This document shows, piece after piece, positions 11,766 to 20,912 of a DNA stretch of 64,000 nucleotides. This stretch comes from Candidatus Aceula meridiana (GTDB lineage Bacteria; Omnitrophota; Gorgyraeia; Zapsychrales; Aceulaceae): NCBI GenBank assembly GCA_030765185.1, contig JAVCDE010000024.1:42975-106974 (forward strand), in the 5' to 3' direction. The translations under genes were made by a program, and so were the position numbers. The number at the start of each line of letters is the position of its first letter. Positions within the stretch are counted from its first letter, which is position 1. The notes under the pieces are model-generated. The model saw nothing but the letters and a program-made list of their open reading frames with translations. It made no database searches and was not told where the DNA came from.

Positions 11766-13000
11766 TAGTCAAACCTCCTTAAAACCATGCAGGTATTGCC
11801 TCCGCTTGGCGCCGTAATAATAACCAAAACATTTTTAATCTTGGCCTCACGTGCTTTGTTCGGAACACAATCTAAATCACAATCAGAATCTTTTTCTCTG
11901 TAATTAATCGTCGGCGGAATAAATCCTTCCTTTAAAGCAGCTAAAGCTGCCGAGGCTGCAAACGCACCGGAAACAGAAAAGCATTCGCCTGTCATAGACT
12001 TAGGAGCACTGACAGGAATTTTGTTCGCGTGATCTTTAAAAATTTCTTTAATGGCAAAAGTTTCAACTTTATCTGCCTGAGGCGTAGAGTTGGCATTCGC
12101 ACAAATATAATCAATGTCTTCAGGATTAATTCCGGCATCATCTAGCGCAAATTGGATAGCTCTCTTAAGCCCCTTTGCTTTTGGATTATATTTATTAATG
12201 CGATATGGGTCAAAGCTCGTACCAAATCCTAAAACTTCACCCAAAATATTTGCATTTCGATTCTTCGCATGCTCGTAATTTTCCATTGCCAAAAGACAAG
12301 AACCTTCGCCAAACATAATGCCGTTTCGCCTTTTATCAAATGGGCAATTAATGAAGGAATCTCCCTCTTTGGAGCCTGACAAAAACTTTAAAACATGAAA
12401 GCCTAAAAATGTCTGTGGACACATCTCTTCTACTCCGCCGGCATAAACAAGTTTCACGCGGTCGAACTGAATAAAATCATAGGCATACTTCATGGCGTCA
12501 ATGCTTGCCGTAAATCCCGTTGAAATTGTTGTATTAAATCCTTTAATATTATGCCAAATAGAAACCTGACTTGCAGGAGAATTGATAACTGTATTTGGAA
12601 AGAGTGCAGGATTTGTATATCGTGGTCCATCCTCAAGAGTAACCTGATGAAACTCTGCAATGCTACGAACACTGCCAAGCGTGGTTCCAACAGAAACGCC
12701 AATATCGTCGGTATTTTCCTCTGTAATAGTAACTCCGCTATCTTCGATTGCCAACTTTGCTGCGGATACTAAAAGCTTGGTGCTGCGGTCTAAGGACCTT
12801 AAACCCTTTTGCCCCATATACTGTTTGGCATCAAAATCTGTAATCTCGCCGGCCTTCTTAACATTAAATTCATCCGCATCAAAAAGCGTAACATCTTTAG
12901 CTCCGCTTTTGCCGTCTTTTAAGGCCTGCCAATGTTCTTGGCGACCAAGGCCGATGCTTGATAAAATTCCTAATCCTGTAATAACAACGCGTTTTTTCAT
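11765..13000 (-). CDS. fabF: 3-oxoacyl-ACP synthase II
   Basis: 411 aa thiolase-fold KAS; active-site Cys region (ISTGFTAS) and C-terminal His/His motifs. Confidence 0.88.
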   Translation of the reverse strand: MKKRVVITGLGILSSIGLGRQEHWQALKDGKSGAKDVTLFDADEFNVKKAGEITDFDAKQYMGQKGLRSLDRSTKLLVSAAKLAIEDSGVTITEENTDDIGVSVGTTLGSVRSIAEFHQVTLEDGPRYTNPALFPNTVINSPASQVSIWHNIKGFNTTISTGFTASIDAMKYAYDFIQFDRVKLVYAGGVEEMCPQTFLGFHVLKFLSGSKEGDSFINCPFDKRRNGIMFGEGSCLLAMENYEHAKNRNANILGEVLGFGTSFDPYRINKYNPKAKGLKRAIQFALDDAGINPEDIDYICANANSTPQADKVETFAIKEIFKDHANKIPVSAPKSMTGECFSVSGAFAASAALAALKEGFIPPTINYREKDSDCDLDCVPNKAREAKIKNVLVIITAPSGGNTCMVLRRFD

Positions 13001-13581
13001 TTTCGATTAAAAAGTATGTACTTGGCTAAAATATCGGTTTCAATATTAATTTTATCCCCTTTTTTCTTTACGCCTAAAGTTGTAACTTTAAGCGTGTGAG
13101 GAATAATATAGACAGAGAAAACATTTCCTTGAACTTCGCCCAAAGTCAAACTAATGCCGTCAATACAAACAGAACACTTTGGAGCAAGATAACGTGTAAA
13201 TTCCTTAGGAATGGCAACAACATATTTTTCATAATTCTCAAGAGAAACACGCTTTTGAAGAATACCTACACAATCAATGTGACCAGAAACAAAATGGCCA
13301 CCCAAGCGGTCATTAACACGCAAAGCACCCTCAAGGTTAACTGCGTCAGAAACTTTTCGCATTCCAAGCGTTGTCTTATCCATGGTTTCTTTCATGACAT
13401 CAAAAGTAACCACACGCCCTTTTTTCTTAACCATGGTTAAACAAACCCCATCTACAGAAATACTGTCACCAATGCCAATACCTTTTAAAACTTTCTTGGC
13501 CTCAATAGAAATGACAATAAGATTCTTTTTATTTACAATCTTTTTAATAATTCCTTTTTCTTCAACAATTCCCGAAAACAT
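12997..13581 (-). CDS. ribE: Riboflavin synthase alpha subunit
   Basis: 194 aa; MFSGIVEE start and duplicated lumazine-binding repeats. Confidence 0.88.
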   Translation of the reverse strand: MFSGIVEEKGIIKKIVNKKNLIVISIEAKKVLKGIGIGDSISVDGVCLTMVKKKGRVVTFDVMKETMDKTTLGMRKVSDAVNLEGALRVNDRLGGHFVSGHIDCVGILQKRVSLENYEKYVVAIPKEFTRYLAPKCSVCIDGISLTLGEVQGNVFSVYIIPHTLKVTTLGVKKKGDKINIETDILAKYILFNRK

Positions 13582-13599
13582 CTCTTTCCTTTTCTTTTC

Positions 13600-14706
13600 T
13601 TAAGCGATGTATCCCTCGATAAGAAAATCTTTTGCCAAAGGATAAATCTGTATTCTTTCTAATGAAATCGCCTTATTAACATTTTGAGTGCCAAGGCCAT
13701 CAATGGCGCTTAAAGCGCTCTGATCTCCTATAATTTTAGGAGCCACAAAAATCCATATCTTATCAGCAAGCTTTTGCGCTAAAACACTTCCAATAACTTT
13801 TGCTCCGCCTTCAACTAAAAGACTTAAAATTTCTTTCTGTGCTAATTTCTTAAAAAGTACTTTTAAGTCTACTTGTCCATTTTTTGATGGGCAGACTAAA
13901 ACACAAGCACCTTTTTTAACCAGTTTATTTAACTTCTGACTACTGGCCTTCTTTGTTGTCGCAACAATAATATCTGAAGCCTTAGTATTTTTATATAAAT
14001 TGCCCCTTAAAGGAATCTTAAGGGTCGAATCAACAATAATCTTTTTAAGACGCTTAGCTTGACTTTTTGCATTTAGATACGGATTATCTTTTAAAACCGT
14101 ATTGATTCCAACTAAAATCGCATCAAAATCATCACGAAGTTTATGAGAAATATCCCTAGTTCCACTGGAAGTAATCCACCTCGAGTGTCCCTGGGCGGTT
14201 GCAATCTTTCCATCCAGCGTCTGAGCACATTTTACCACAACAAAAGGCATTTTTTTAGCAATATGCTTAAAAAATGGCTCATTAATTTTTTCAAGATCTT
14301 CTTTAAGGCATCCAACTTTAACTTTAATTCCAGCACGCCTTAATTTCAAAATTGATTTACCATTATTAACCGGATTAGGATCTTTCGTACCAACAATAAC
14401 CTCACGAATACTATTTGCAATAATACTATCTACACAAGGCGGTGTACGCCCAAAATGCCCACACGGCTCAAGAGTTACATAAAGCGTCGCACCGCGAGCT
14501 TCCATCCCTGCTTGTTTTAAAGCAACGCTTTCAGCGTGAGCCACGCCACAACGACGATGATATCCTTGTCCAACAATTTTATTATTCTTAACGACAACTG
14601 CTCCGACCAAAGGATTCGGCGATGTTTTACCCTTAGCTTTTAAAGCTAGCTCTAAAGCTAGATACATAAATTGAGAATCTTGCGTTGATATCTTTGTCTT
14701 ATCCAT
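13600..14706 (-). CDS. ribD: Bifunctional diaminohydroxyphosphoribosylaminopyrimidine deaminase / 5-amino-6-(5-phosphoribosylamino)uracil reductase
   Basis: 368 aa; CMP/dCMP deaminase zinc motif (HAE...PCxxC: HAESVAL, EPCGHFGRTPPC) plus RibD reductase C-terminal domain. Confidence 0.9.
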   Translation of the reverse strand: MDKTKISTQDSQFMYLALELALKAKGKTSPNPLVGAVVVKNNKIVGQGYHRRCGVAHAESVALKQAGMEARGATLYVTLEPCGHFGRTPPCVDSIIANSIREVIVGTKDPNPVNNGKSILKLRRAGIKVKVGCLKEDLEKINEPFFKHIAKKMPFVVVKCAQTLDGKIATAQGHSRWITSSGTRDISHKLRDDFDAILVGINTVLKDNPYLNAKSQAKRLKKIIVDSTLKIPLRGNLYKNTKASDIIVATTKKASSQKLNKLVKKGACVLVCPSKNGQVDLKVLFKKLAQKEILSLLVEGGAKVIGSVLAQKLADKIWIFVAPKIIGDQSALSAIDGLGTQNVNKAISLERIQIYPLAKDFLIEGYIA

Positions 14707-15520
14707 GAGAAGCTTGTCTTAATTGCTCAACAGCACTATAAGGCGCTTTCGCCTTGCCAATAAAAGTATTTGGTTTTCCCTCTCCATGAGCATCAGAACC
14801 ACCTGTGGCGATAAGATCATGCTTTTTAACTAATCCCTCATAATATTTCTCAACCGATTTCGGACAATTCGGATAATAAACCTCAAGTCCTTTGAGGCCA
14901 GCTTTTACCAAGCTAGGAATAAGTTCATCACGCTTTGTGACCATCGGATGTGCTAAAACAGCAACGCCACCAGCTTTTTGAATAAGCTCAATCGCTTCAT
15001 AAGGAGTTTGCTTGTATTTCTTAACATAGGCAGGTGCGCCTTCGGCTAAATACTTATTAAAAGCCTGCTGAAGCGAACTAACCCATCCCTTTTCCTCTAA
15101 AATCATAGCAAGGTGTGGACGACCCACAGAATCGGATTTGTTAAGCGCACAAACCTCTTCAATCGTAATATTATCAATGCCAAATTCTTTTAATTTTTCA
15201 ATCATTTCTTCTATGCGCTTGATGCGAACGTCTTGTATTTCCCTAAGCTTTACTTTAAAAATTTCGTTCTTACAATCCATAAAATAACCTAAGACATGAA
15301 TATCCTGATTGTTTAATTCCGAAGACAATTCAATCGCGGGAATAACTTCAAGGTCATGGAAAGCGGCAACCTTTTGAACAGGGACAACTCCGTCGACAGT
15401 ATCGTGATCCGCAATTGCGATACAGCTTAAACCCTGATCAACAGCTTTTAAAACAATTTGCTCAGGGGATAACGTACTGTCAGAATAATTTGTATGAATA
15501 TGAAGGTCAGCGAATTTCAT
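14699..15520 (-). CDS. PHP-domain phosphoesterase (TrpH/YciV-like)
   Basis: ADLHIHTNYSD ... IADHD PHP metal-binding motifs. Confidence 0.75.
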   Translation of the reverse strand: MKFADLHIHTNYSDSTLSPEQIVLKAVDQGLSCIAIADHDTVDGVVPVQKVAAFHDLEVIPAIELSSELNNQDIHVLGYFMDCKNEIFKVKLREIQDVRIKRIEEMIEKLKEFGIDNITIEEVCALNKSDSVGRPHLAMILEEKGWVSSLQQAFNKYLAEGAPAYVKKYKQTPYEAIELIQKAGGVAVLAHPMVTKRDELIPSLVKAGLKGLEVYYPNCPKSVEKYYEGLVKKHDLIATGGSDAHGEGKPNTFIGKAKAPYSAVEQLRQASHG

Positions 15521-15952
15521 TTACGAAGGTTTCTCATGCGAAGGCTCTTTAGACTTAAGAGCCTTGTCAAGAATGCCATTTACAAACTTCCCAGATTCTA
15601 CATCGCCAAAACGCTTTGCAAGTTCAATAGCCTCGTTGATTGTTACCTTTGAAGGAATGTCCTCCATATAAAGCAACTCAAGGATACCAAGTCTTAAGAC
15701 GTTACGGTCGATGACTGCCATTCTATCTAAATGCCAATTAGAAGCGTATTGTGTAATTTTTTGATCTATTTCGGTTAAATTTTTTTCAACGCCAGAAAGA
15801 AGAATTCTTACGAATTCGAAGATTTCTTGAGAATCCTCAATATCAACAGAAGCCAAAAACTCTTCAGACAAAGAATGAATAGACTCTTTGCGGATATCCG
15901 CCTGATAGAGTATTTTTAAAACTAATTCTCGTGCAATGGTTCGTTTGCGCAT
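15521..15952 (-). CDS. nusB: Transcription antitermination factor NusB
   Basis: 143 aa; NusB-like helical protein embedded in the rib operon, as is common. Confidence 0.85.
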   Translation of the reverse strand: MRKRTIARELVLKILYQADIRKESIHSLSEEFLASVDIEDSQEIFEFVRILLSGVEKNLTEIDQKITQYASNWHLDRMAVIDRNVLRLGILELLYMEDIPSKVTINEAIELAKRFGDVESGKFVNGILDKALKSKEPSHEKPS

Positions 15953-15987
15953 ATTACCAAATTTTTGCTAAATCAAAGAACTTGATT

Positions 15988-16452
15988 TTAAATCTTGTTA
16001 AGAGCCTCTACCATGTCTAAGGCTGCTTCAGCAGCCTCTTGACCCTTATTATTTCCCTTTAATTTTGAACGCGCCTCGGCTTGCCGGACAGTCTCTGTTG
16101 TTAAGACGCCAAGAACAACCGGTTTTCCTGTTGAAAGAGCGACTTGCTGAATGCCATCACAAGCCCCACGTGCAACAAAATCAAAATGAGCTGTCTCACC
16201 TCTAATAACACATCCCAAACAAGCGACGGCAGCAATATTCTTCTTTTTGGCTAACTTAAGGGCCACCAACGGAATCTCCCAAGCACCAGGAACCCAAACA
16301 ACAATTACGTCTGAATCTTTCACGCCTTGACGGGAAAATTCTTTAAGGCAGCCGGTCAAAAGATTTTTTGTAATAAAATCATTAAAGCGAGAAACAACAA
16401 CCGCGAACTTTTTTCCTTTAGCCCTTGAAGTTTTCTTAATTATTTTTTTCAT
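15988..16452 (-). CDS. ribH: 6,7-dimethyl-8-ribityllumazine synthase
   Basis: 154 aa; KFAVVVSRFN ... GAWEIP lumazine synthase motifs. Confidence 0.9.
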   Translation of the reverse strand: MKKIIKKTSRAKGKKFAVVVSRFNDFITKNLLTGCLKEFSRQGVKDSDVIVVWVPGAWEIPLVALKLAKKKNIAAVACLGCVIRGETAHFDFVARGACDGIQQVALSTGKPVVLGVLTTETVRQAEARSKLKGNNKGQEAAEAALDMVEALNKI

Positions 16453-16453
16453 A

Positions 16454-17668
16454 TTAAAACTTTAAAGATTCTAGAAAGTGTCCTAGTTTTTCTTTTTTCG
16501 TTTTTAGATAACTTTTATTTTTTTCATTATGCTGAATAACAATCGGCACACGCTCAACAACCTTAAGACCGTACCCTTCTAATCCAACAATCTTTTTAGG
16601 ATTATTCGTTAAAAGTCTAATTTCCTTAACGCCAAGATCAACTAAAATCTGAGCACCAATACCATAGTCACGTAAATCAGCGCCAAAACCAAGCGCCTCA
16701 TTAGCTTCAACAGTATCCATGCCATTATCTTGAAGATGATAAGCCTTAATTTTATTCATAAGCCCTATGCCGCGTCCTTCTTGGCGCATATAAAGAATGA
16801 TGCCAGATTTATTTTTCTTAATCTCATCCATAGCCGCATTAAGCTGTTCCTGACAATCACAACGCCTAGAACCAAAAACATCCCCTGTTAAACATTCAGA
16901 CTGTACGCGGACTAAAACAGGTTCTTCCCCATCAACCTCTCCCATAACAAGCGCCAAATGCGTTACCTTATCCACTAAAGACTCATAACCAACCATATTA
17001 AAATCCCCATGGACAGTGGGAAGGCTTGCTTCACCAGATTTTACAATAAGCTTCTCAGTCTTACGCCGATATTCAATAAGGCTATCAATAGTGCAAATTT
17101 TTAAATCATGCTCTTTAGCAAACCCGACTAAATCCTCAGTACGAGCCATAGTGCCGTCATCTTTCATAATCTCACAAATGACGCCTGCAGGATAAAGTCC
17201 ACAAAGATTCATTAAATCAATTGTCGCCTCAGTGTGTCCAGCTCTTACAAGAGTGCCACCTTCTCGTGCTCGCAAAGGAAAAAGATGTCCTGGGCGAATA
17301 AGATCTTTCGGCTTTGTTCCTGAATCAATCAACAACCTAACAGTTTCAGCGCGATCTCCTGCAGAAATACCGGTAGTCGAATTCTTCGCCGCATCCACAG
17401 AAATAGCCCATCCAGTGTTGCCCTCATCATGCCATTCGCTAGAAGAGTCTACCATAGGTTGAAGCTTAAGCTCATCAAGCCTTTCCCCTTCCATAGGCAT
17501 ACAAATAAGCCCGCTAGCTTCCTTAGCCATAAATTTAATATGCTCCGGCGTAGTAAACTCAGCAGCAACAAGTAAATCGCCCTCATTTTCACGACTTTCA
17601 TCATCAATAACAATAACGATTTTACCCGCCTTCAAATCTCCAAGGATTTCTTCAATTGTATTAACCAT
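16454..17668 (-). CDS. ribBA: Bifunctional 3,4-dihydroxy-2-butanone-4-phosphate synthase / GTP cyclohydrolase II
   Basis: 404 aa; DHBP synthase N-half ([11 protein letters not shown]) and GTP cyclohydrolase II C-half with CxC..C zinc motif ([14 protein letters not shown]). Confidence 0.9.
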   Translation of the reverse strand: MVNTIEEILGDLKAGKIVIVIDDESRENEGDLLVAAEFTTPEHIKFMAKEASGLICMPMEGERLDELKLQPMVDSSSEWHDEGNTGWAISVDAAKNSTTGISAGDRAETVRLLIDSGTKPKDLIRPGHLFPLRAREGGTLVRAGHTEATIDLMNLCGLYPAGVICEIMKDDGTMARTEDLVGFAKEHDLKICTIDSLIEYRRKTEKLIVKSGEASLPTVHGDFNMVGYESLVDKVTHLALVMGEVDGEEPVLVRVQSECLTGDVFGSRRCDCQEQLNAAMDEIKKNKSGIILYMRQEGRGIGLMNKIKAYHLQDNGMDTVEANEALGFGADLRDYGIGAQILVDLGVKEIRLLTNNPKKIVGLEGYGLKVVERVPIVIQHNEKNKSYLKTKKEKLGHFLESLKF

Positions 17669-17752
17669 TTTTCCGTCCTTTAATATTAATATAAATATTT
17701 TTTATTATATACAAGACACCGAATTATACGACTTTTACACATAAAATTCAAG

Positions 17753-18262
17753 ATGTTTCATGTTGTCATTTGCCAATCGTTTTCATATAATAGAAATATG
17801 AAAATAGAGCAAGTTGTTGCTAAAAAACTTATTCTTGGCCAAAAGACATTGACCTTGGCGGAGTCGTGCACCGGTGGCCTTATTGGTCATCGCCTAACAA
17901 GTATTTCTGGAAGTTCTCAATTTCTAAAAATTGGAATTGTTACGTATTCAAACGAAGCAAAAATTAAATTTCTAAAAGTCCCTCCTGCGACAATAAAAAA
18001 ATACGGGGCCGTAAGCGCGCAAACAGCCAAGGCTATGGCACGCGGAGCTCTTAACTTACTGAAAACTAATTATGCGCTTAGCGTTACCGGCATTGCCGGC
18101 CCGACAGGGGCAACAAAAGCAAAGCCTCTTGGTTTAACCTATATGGCTACCGCGTGCAAAGAAAAGACAATAGTAAGAAAATTTATTCTTAAAGGAACTC
18201 GTCGGCAAATAAAAGTACAAGCCTCAGAAAAAGCTCTTTCGCTGCTTAAAAAACTAATCTAA
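17753..18262 (+). CDS. CinA C-terminal-domain protein (nicotinamide-nucleotide amidohydrolase PncC-like)
   Basis: LAESCTGGLIGHRLT...SVTGIAGP motifs; likely true start MKIEQ at about 17798; one of only three plus-strand genes. Confidence 0.8.
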   Translation: MFHVVICQSFSYNRNMKIEQVVAKKLILGQKTLTLAESCTGGLIGHRLTSISGSSQFLKIGIVTYSNEAKIKFLKVPPATIKKYGAVSAQTAKAMARGALNLLKTNYALSVTGIAGPTGATKAKPLGLTYMATACKEKTIVRKFILKGTRRQIKVQASEKALSLLKKLI

Positions 18263-18840
18263 TGAGCGAAAAATCTATCCGCGCATTTATCGCGATTTCT
18301 CTCTCCAAAAAAAAATTCAAACGTTTATCAAAAATATTCAGACAAATTTAAGAAATGCGAACACCGATATTAAGTGGGCGCACCGCACAACGCCCACCCA
18401 ACACTAAAATTCCTAGGTCATGTGCCAATTAAAAAAATTGGACTATTGGAAATACTTTAAGAATTGTTGCTAAAGAATTTACTATATTTTCTTTAGAAAC
18501 TGATGCGATCGGAAGCTTTCCATTTAAAAACAACCCCCGCGTTATTTGGCTAGGACTTAAAAAAGGCAAGGATGCTGTTAAACCCCTTGCATCACCAATC
18601 GAAACCGAACTTAAACCTTTGGGTTTTAAAAAAGAGAAAGAAACATTCTTTGCCCATATCACATTAGGACGAGTAAGGTCTAACCGCAACATTGCAGAGC
18701 TTTCGAATGCGATTACGAATCATGGAGCAACAAGCTACCCCAGCCAAAAGGTTTCAAAAATTGTGCTCTATCAAAGTCAGCTTGCTTCCTCCGGCCCTAT
18801 TCGCACTAAAGTTAATGCTTTTTCGCTATATGAAAGATAA
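18262..18840 (+). pseudogene. thpR: 2H phosphoesterase (ThpR/LigT RNA 2',3'-cyclic phosphodiesterase) pseudogene, multiply frameshifted
   Basis: Start ATG overlaps the cinA stop (TAATG). LigT-like segments are spread over three reading frames: MSEKSIRAFIAISL (stop after an A9 tract at 18307-18315), IKWAHRTT, HPTLKFLGHV (first HxTL motif), EFTIFSLETDAIGSFPFKNNPRVIWLGLKKGKDAVKPLASPI, and ETELKPLGFKKEKETFFAHITLGRV (second HxTL motif) through to the stop at 18840. Confidence 0.6.
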
Positions 18841-19055
18841 TGACTTATAAGTGAATATATGATACTATATGTAACAATATGTATGTTTATGTCTTATAGT
18901 GATACTATAGGTGTCATAAGTAAGTATCGGTAAGTTTAAGTATATCTATATGTGTAATATTTTGAAGAATTTATCTGAAAAGTAACTATAGGTAAGTATG
19001 AGTAAGTATTATAAAAAAGTAAATTTAAACAACTACAGTAAGTCTCAATGAAGAA
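18841..19055. repeat. AT-rich intergenic region with clustered GTAAGT(A/T)T short repeats and a duplicated GATACTATA(T/G)GT motif
   Basis: At least six copies of (G)GTAAGT between 18925 and 19045; tgatactatatgt at about 18860 and tgatactataggtgt at about 18900; lies between convergent gene ends. Confidence 0.4.
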
Positions 19056-19835
19056 CTATCGTCGTGAACGTATCTTTGCTAAAAATCTTAAGATTTCAAA
19101 ATAAAGCCAAATCAATGTCACCATCAAACCAAAGGCAGCATACCATTCCATATATCTTGGAAGTCCACGTTCTGACCCTTTTTCAATAAAGTCAAAATCT
19201 AAAATAAGGTTCAAAGCCGCAATTGCAATAACAACAAGACTAAATCCTATGCCAAGAGGTGTTGCTTCGTGAATTAAGGGAATACGTGCGCCAAAAAAAC
19301 TCATAACAAAACTTAAAAAATAAATTAAGGCAATCCCTCCTGTTGCGGCAACAACCCCTAAACGAAACTTATTTGTGACTTTAATAATACCAGTTTTATA
19401 AATCATCAAAAGCGCAAAAAGTGTCCCGAATGTTAAAGAAATAGCTTGAACAACAATGCCAGGATACTGTAGCTCAAAAATTGCGGATATAATTCCTAAA
19501 ACAAAGCCTTCACATAGTGCATAAAGCGGTGCTGTAAACATTGACCATTCTTTTTTAAAAATTGTAATTAAAGCCAAAATAAATGCACCAATGCCAAATC
19601 CTATAGCCATTGGATAAAAATTACTCGGTAAAGACGTCTGCCCTGTTTGGTTGAAGCTGTAAGCGATCGATTGCATAACCTGATTCCAGGCCCAATAAGC
19701 TGGCATCATAACAAGAAATAATAAAGTTAACGTTCTATTGACGCTCCCTTGAATGGTCATGGCTTCCGATTCTGCAACACGACCTATCTTTGAAAGAGCA
19801 GCCGAATTCATGGCAGGGTTTGACGATCTCATCAT
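19056..19835 (-). CDS. Bax-inhibitor-1 / YccA family membrane protein
   Basis: 259 aa, 7 predicted TM segments, C-terminal MEWYAAFGLMVTLIWLYFEILR typical of the BI-1/YccA family. Confidence 0.8.
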   Translation of the reverse strand: MMRSSNPAMNSAALSKIGRVAESEAMTIQGSVNRTLTLLFLVMMPAYWAWNQVMQSIAYSFNQTGQTSLPSNFYPMAIGFGIGAFILALITIFKKEWSMFTAPLYALCEGFVLGIISAIFELQYPGIVVQAISLTFGTLFALLMIYKTGIIKVTNKFRLGVVAATGGIALIYFLSFVMSFFGARIPLIHEATPLGIGFSLVVIAIAALNLILDFDFIEKGSERGLPRYMEWYAAFGLMVTLIWLYFEILRFLAKIRSRR

Positions 19836-19856
19836 TTTTCGATCCTCCTTTTTATT

Positions 19857-20309
19857 TTATACAAAATTAATAACTCTTATAGCAATATGCATGATGATAT
19901 TCGCATAAATTCCAGCGGCAACATCGTCAAGCATGATGCCAGCGCTTCCCTTCTTCTTTTCGAAAAAATTAGCAGGATAAATCTTAAACATATCAAATGC
20001 ACGAAAAAGAAAAAATGCCGTAATCCATACAGAAAACTTTTCCGGCAACATAAAAAATGCAATCATAATACCTGAGACTTCATCGATAACAACGCATCCA
20101 GGGTCTTTGCATCCAAGAATCTTTTCCATTTTACCCGAAGTTAAAAATCCGAAAAATGTCACGGCTGCCCAGGCTAAAATATAAAATCCGATGCTATCAG
20201 ACAAGCTAATCGCAATCAACGCTCCGGCAATACTGGCCATACTTCCTGGCATCACCGGGATATAACCGATAAAAAAGAAAGTTGTTATAATTTTAACAAA
20301 ATAATTCAT
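19857..20309 (-). CDS. pgpA: Phosphatidylglycerophosphatase A
   Basis: 150 aa membrane protein with PgpA-like sequence (GTFFGFL...DEVSG...DMFKIYPA). Confidence 0.82.
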   Translation of the reverse strand: MNYFVKIITTFFFIGYIPVMPGSMASIAGALIAISLSDSIGFYILAWAAVTFFGFLTSGKMEKILGCKDPGCVVIDEVSGIMIAFFMLPEKFSVWITAFFLFRAFDMFKIYPANFFEKKKGSAGIMLDDVAAGIYANIIMHIAIRVINFV

Positions 20310-20312
20310 CTT

Positions 20313-20891
20313 TTATTGTGTTTTAATAAGTTTTCGGTTGCTAATAATAAACGATGCCCCAGAAATAAGCGCTAATAAAACTGCCATCATCATAGCGGCA
20401 TCAATGCCTATTTTCCACCAAATTTCAACTTCTTTTGACCACCCGGACAACGCAATGGCCGAATGCTTGAAAATAATAAACCCAAGGATAACAAAAATCG
20501 CAACAATCTGAGAAACCGTTTTGTGCTTTCCGGCCTTTGCCGCAGCTAAAACAACTTTCTTCCTTAAAGCAAAAAGCCTCAAGCCCGTCACAAGAATTTC
20601 TCTTCCCAATATAAGAATAACCATCCAATCTTCGACGATATTCATGCGCAAGAACGCTAAAAAAGCAGCTAGGATAAGAAATTTATCTGCGATAGGATCT
20701 AAAAGCTTTCCGAAATCTGTTACTAGATGATATTCTCGGGCAAGGTATCCATCATAATAATCTGTTATGGCCGCCAAAGCAAAAACAACGGTGGCAGAAA
20801 TTACGGCCCAAAGTGCTGGCTGACGTATCAAGACAAGAAAAATAAGAGTCAAAATGATTCGAGAAATTGTTAATTTGTTAGGTAAATTCAA
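20313..20891 (-). CDS. pgsA: CDP-diacylglycerol--glycerol-3-phosphate 3-phosphatidyltransferase
   Basis: 192 aa CDP-alcohol phosphatidyltransferase; D(x)2DG(x)2AR...G(x)3D(x)3D motif (DYYDGYLAR ... GKLLDPIADK). Confidence 0.85.
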   Translation of the reverse strand: MNLPNKLTISRIILTLIFLVLIRQPALWAVISATVVFALAAITDYYDGYLAREYHLVTDFGKLLDPIADKFLILAAFLAFLRMNIVEDWMVILILGREILVTGLRLFALRKKVVLAAAKAGKHKTVSQIVAIFVILGFIIFKHSAIALSGWSKEVEIWWKIGIDAAMMMAVLLALISGASFIISNRKLIKTQ

Positions 20892-20912
20892 TTTTTATCC
20901 TTTAAAAAAGAA

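Noticed and set aside
17669-17752. Possible FMN riboswitch upstream of ribBA
   Set aside because: Only 84 nt long, more than 80 percent A+T, no conserved RFN stems visible; cannot be called from sequence by eye.
18857-18915. tgatactata decamers matching one half-site of the Rrf2 palindrome
   Set aside because: Only a half-site, no inverted partner; a 10-mer recurrence in an AT-rich genome may be chance. Left as a note inside the repeat-region finding.
18841-19055. GTAAGT motifs resembling eukaryotic or group-II 5' splice sites, or a CRISPR array
   Set aside because: No intron-encoded features (no domain V/VI-like hairpins, no reverse transcriptase ORF), no regular repeat-spacer periodicity; treated as a simple sequence repeat.
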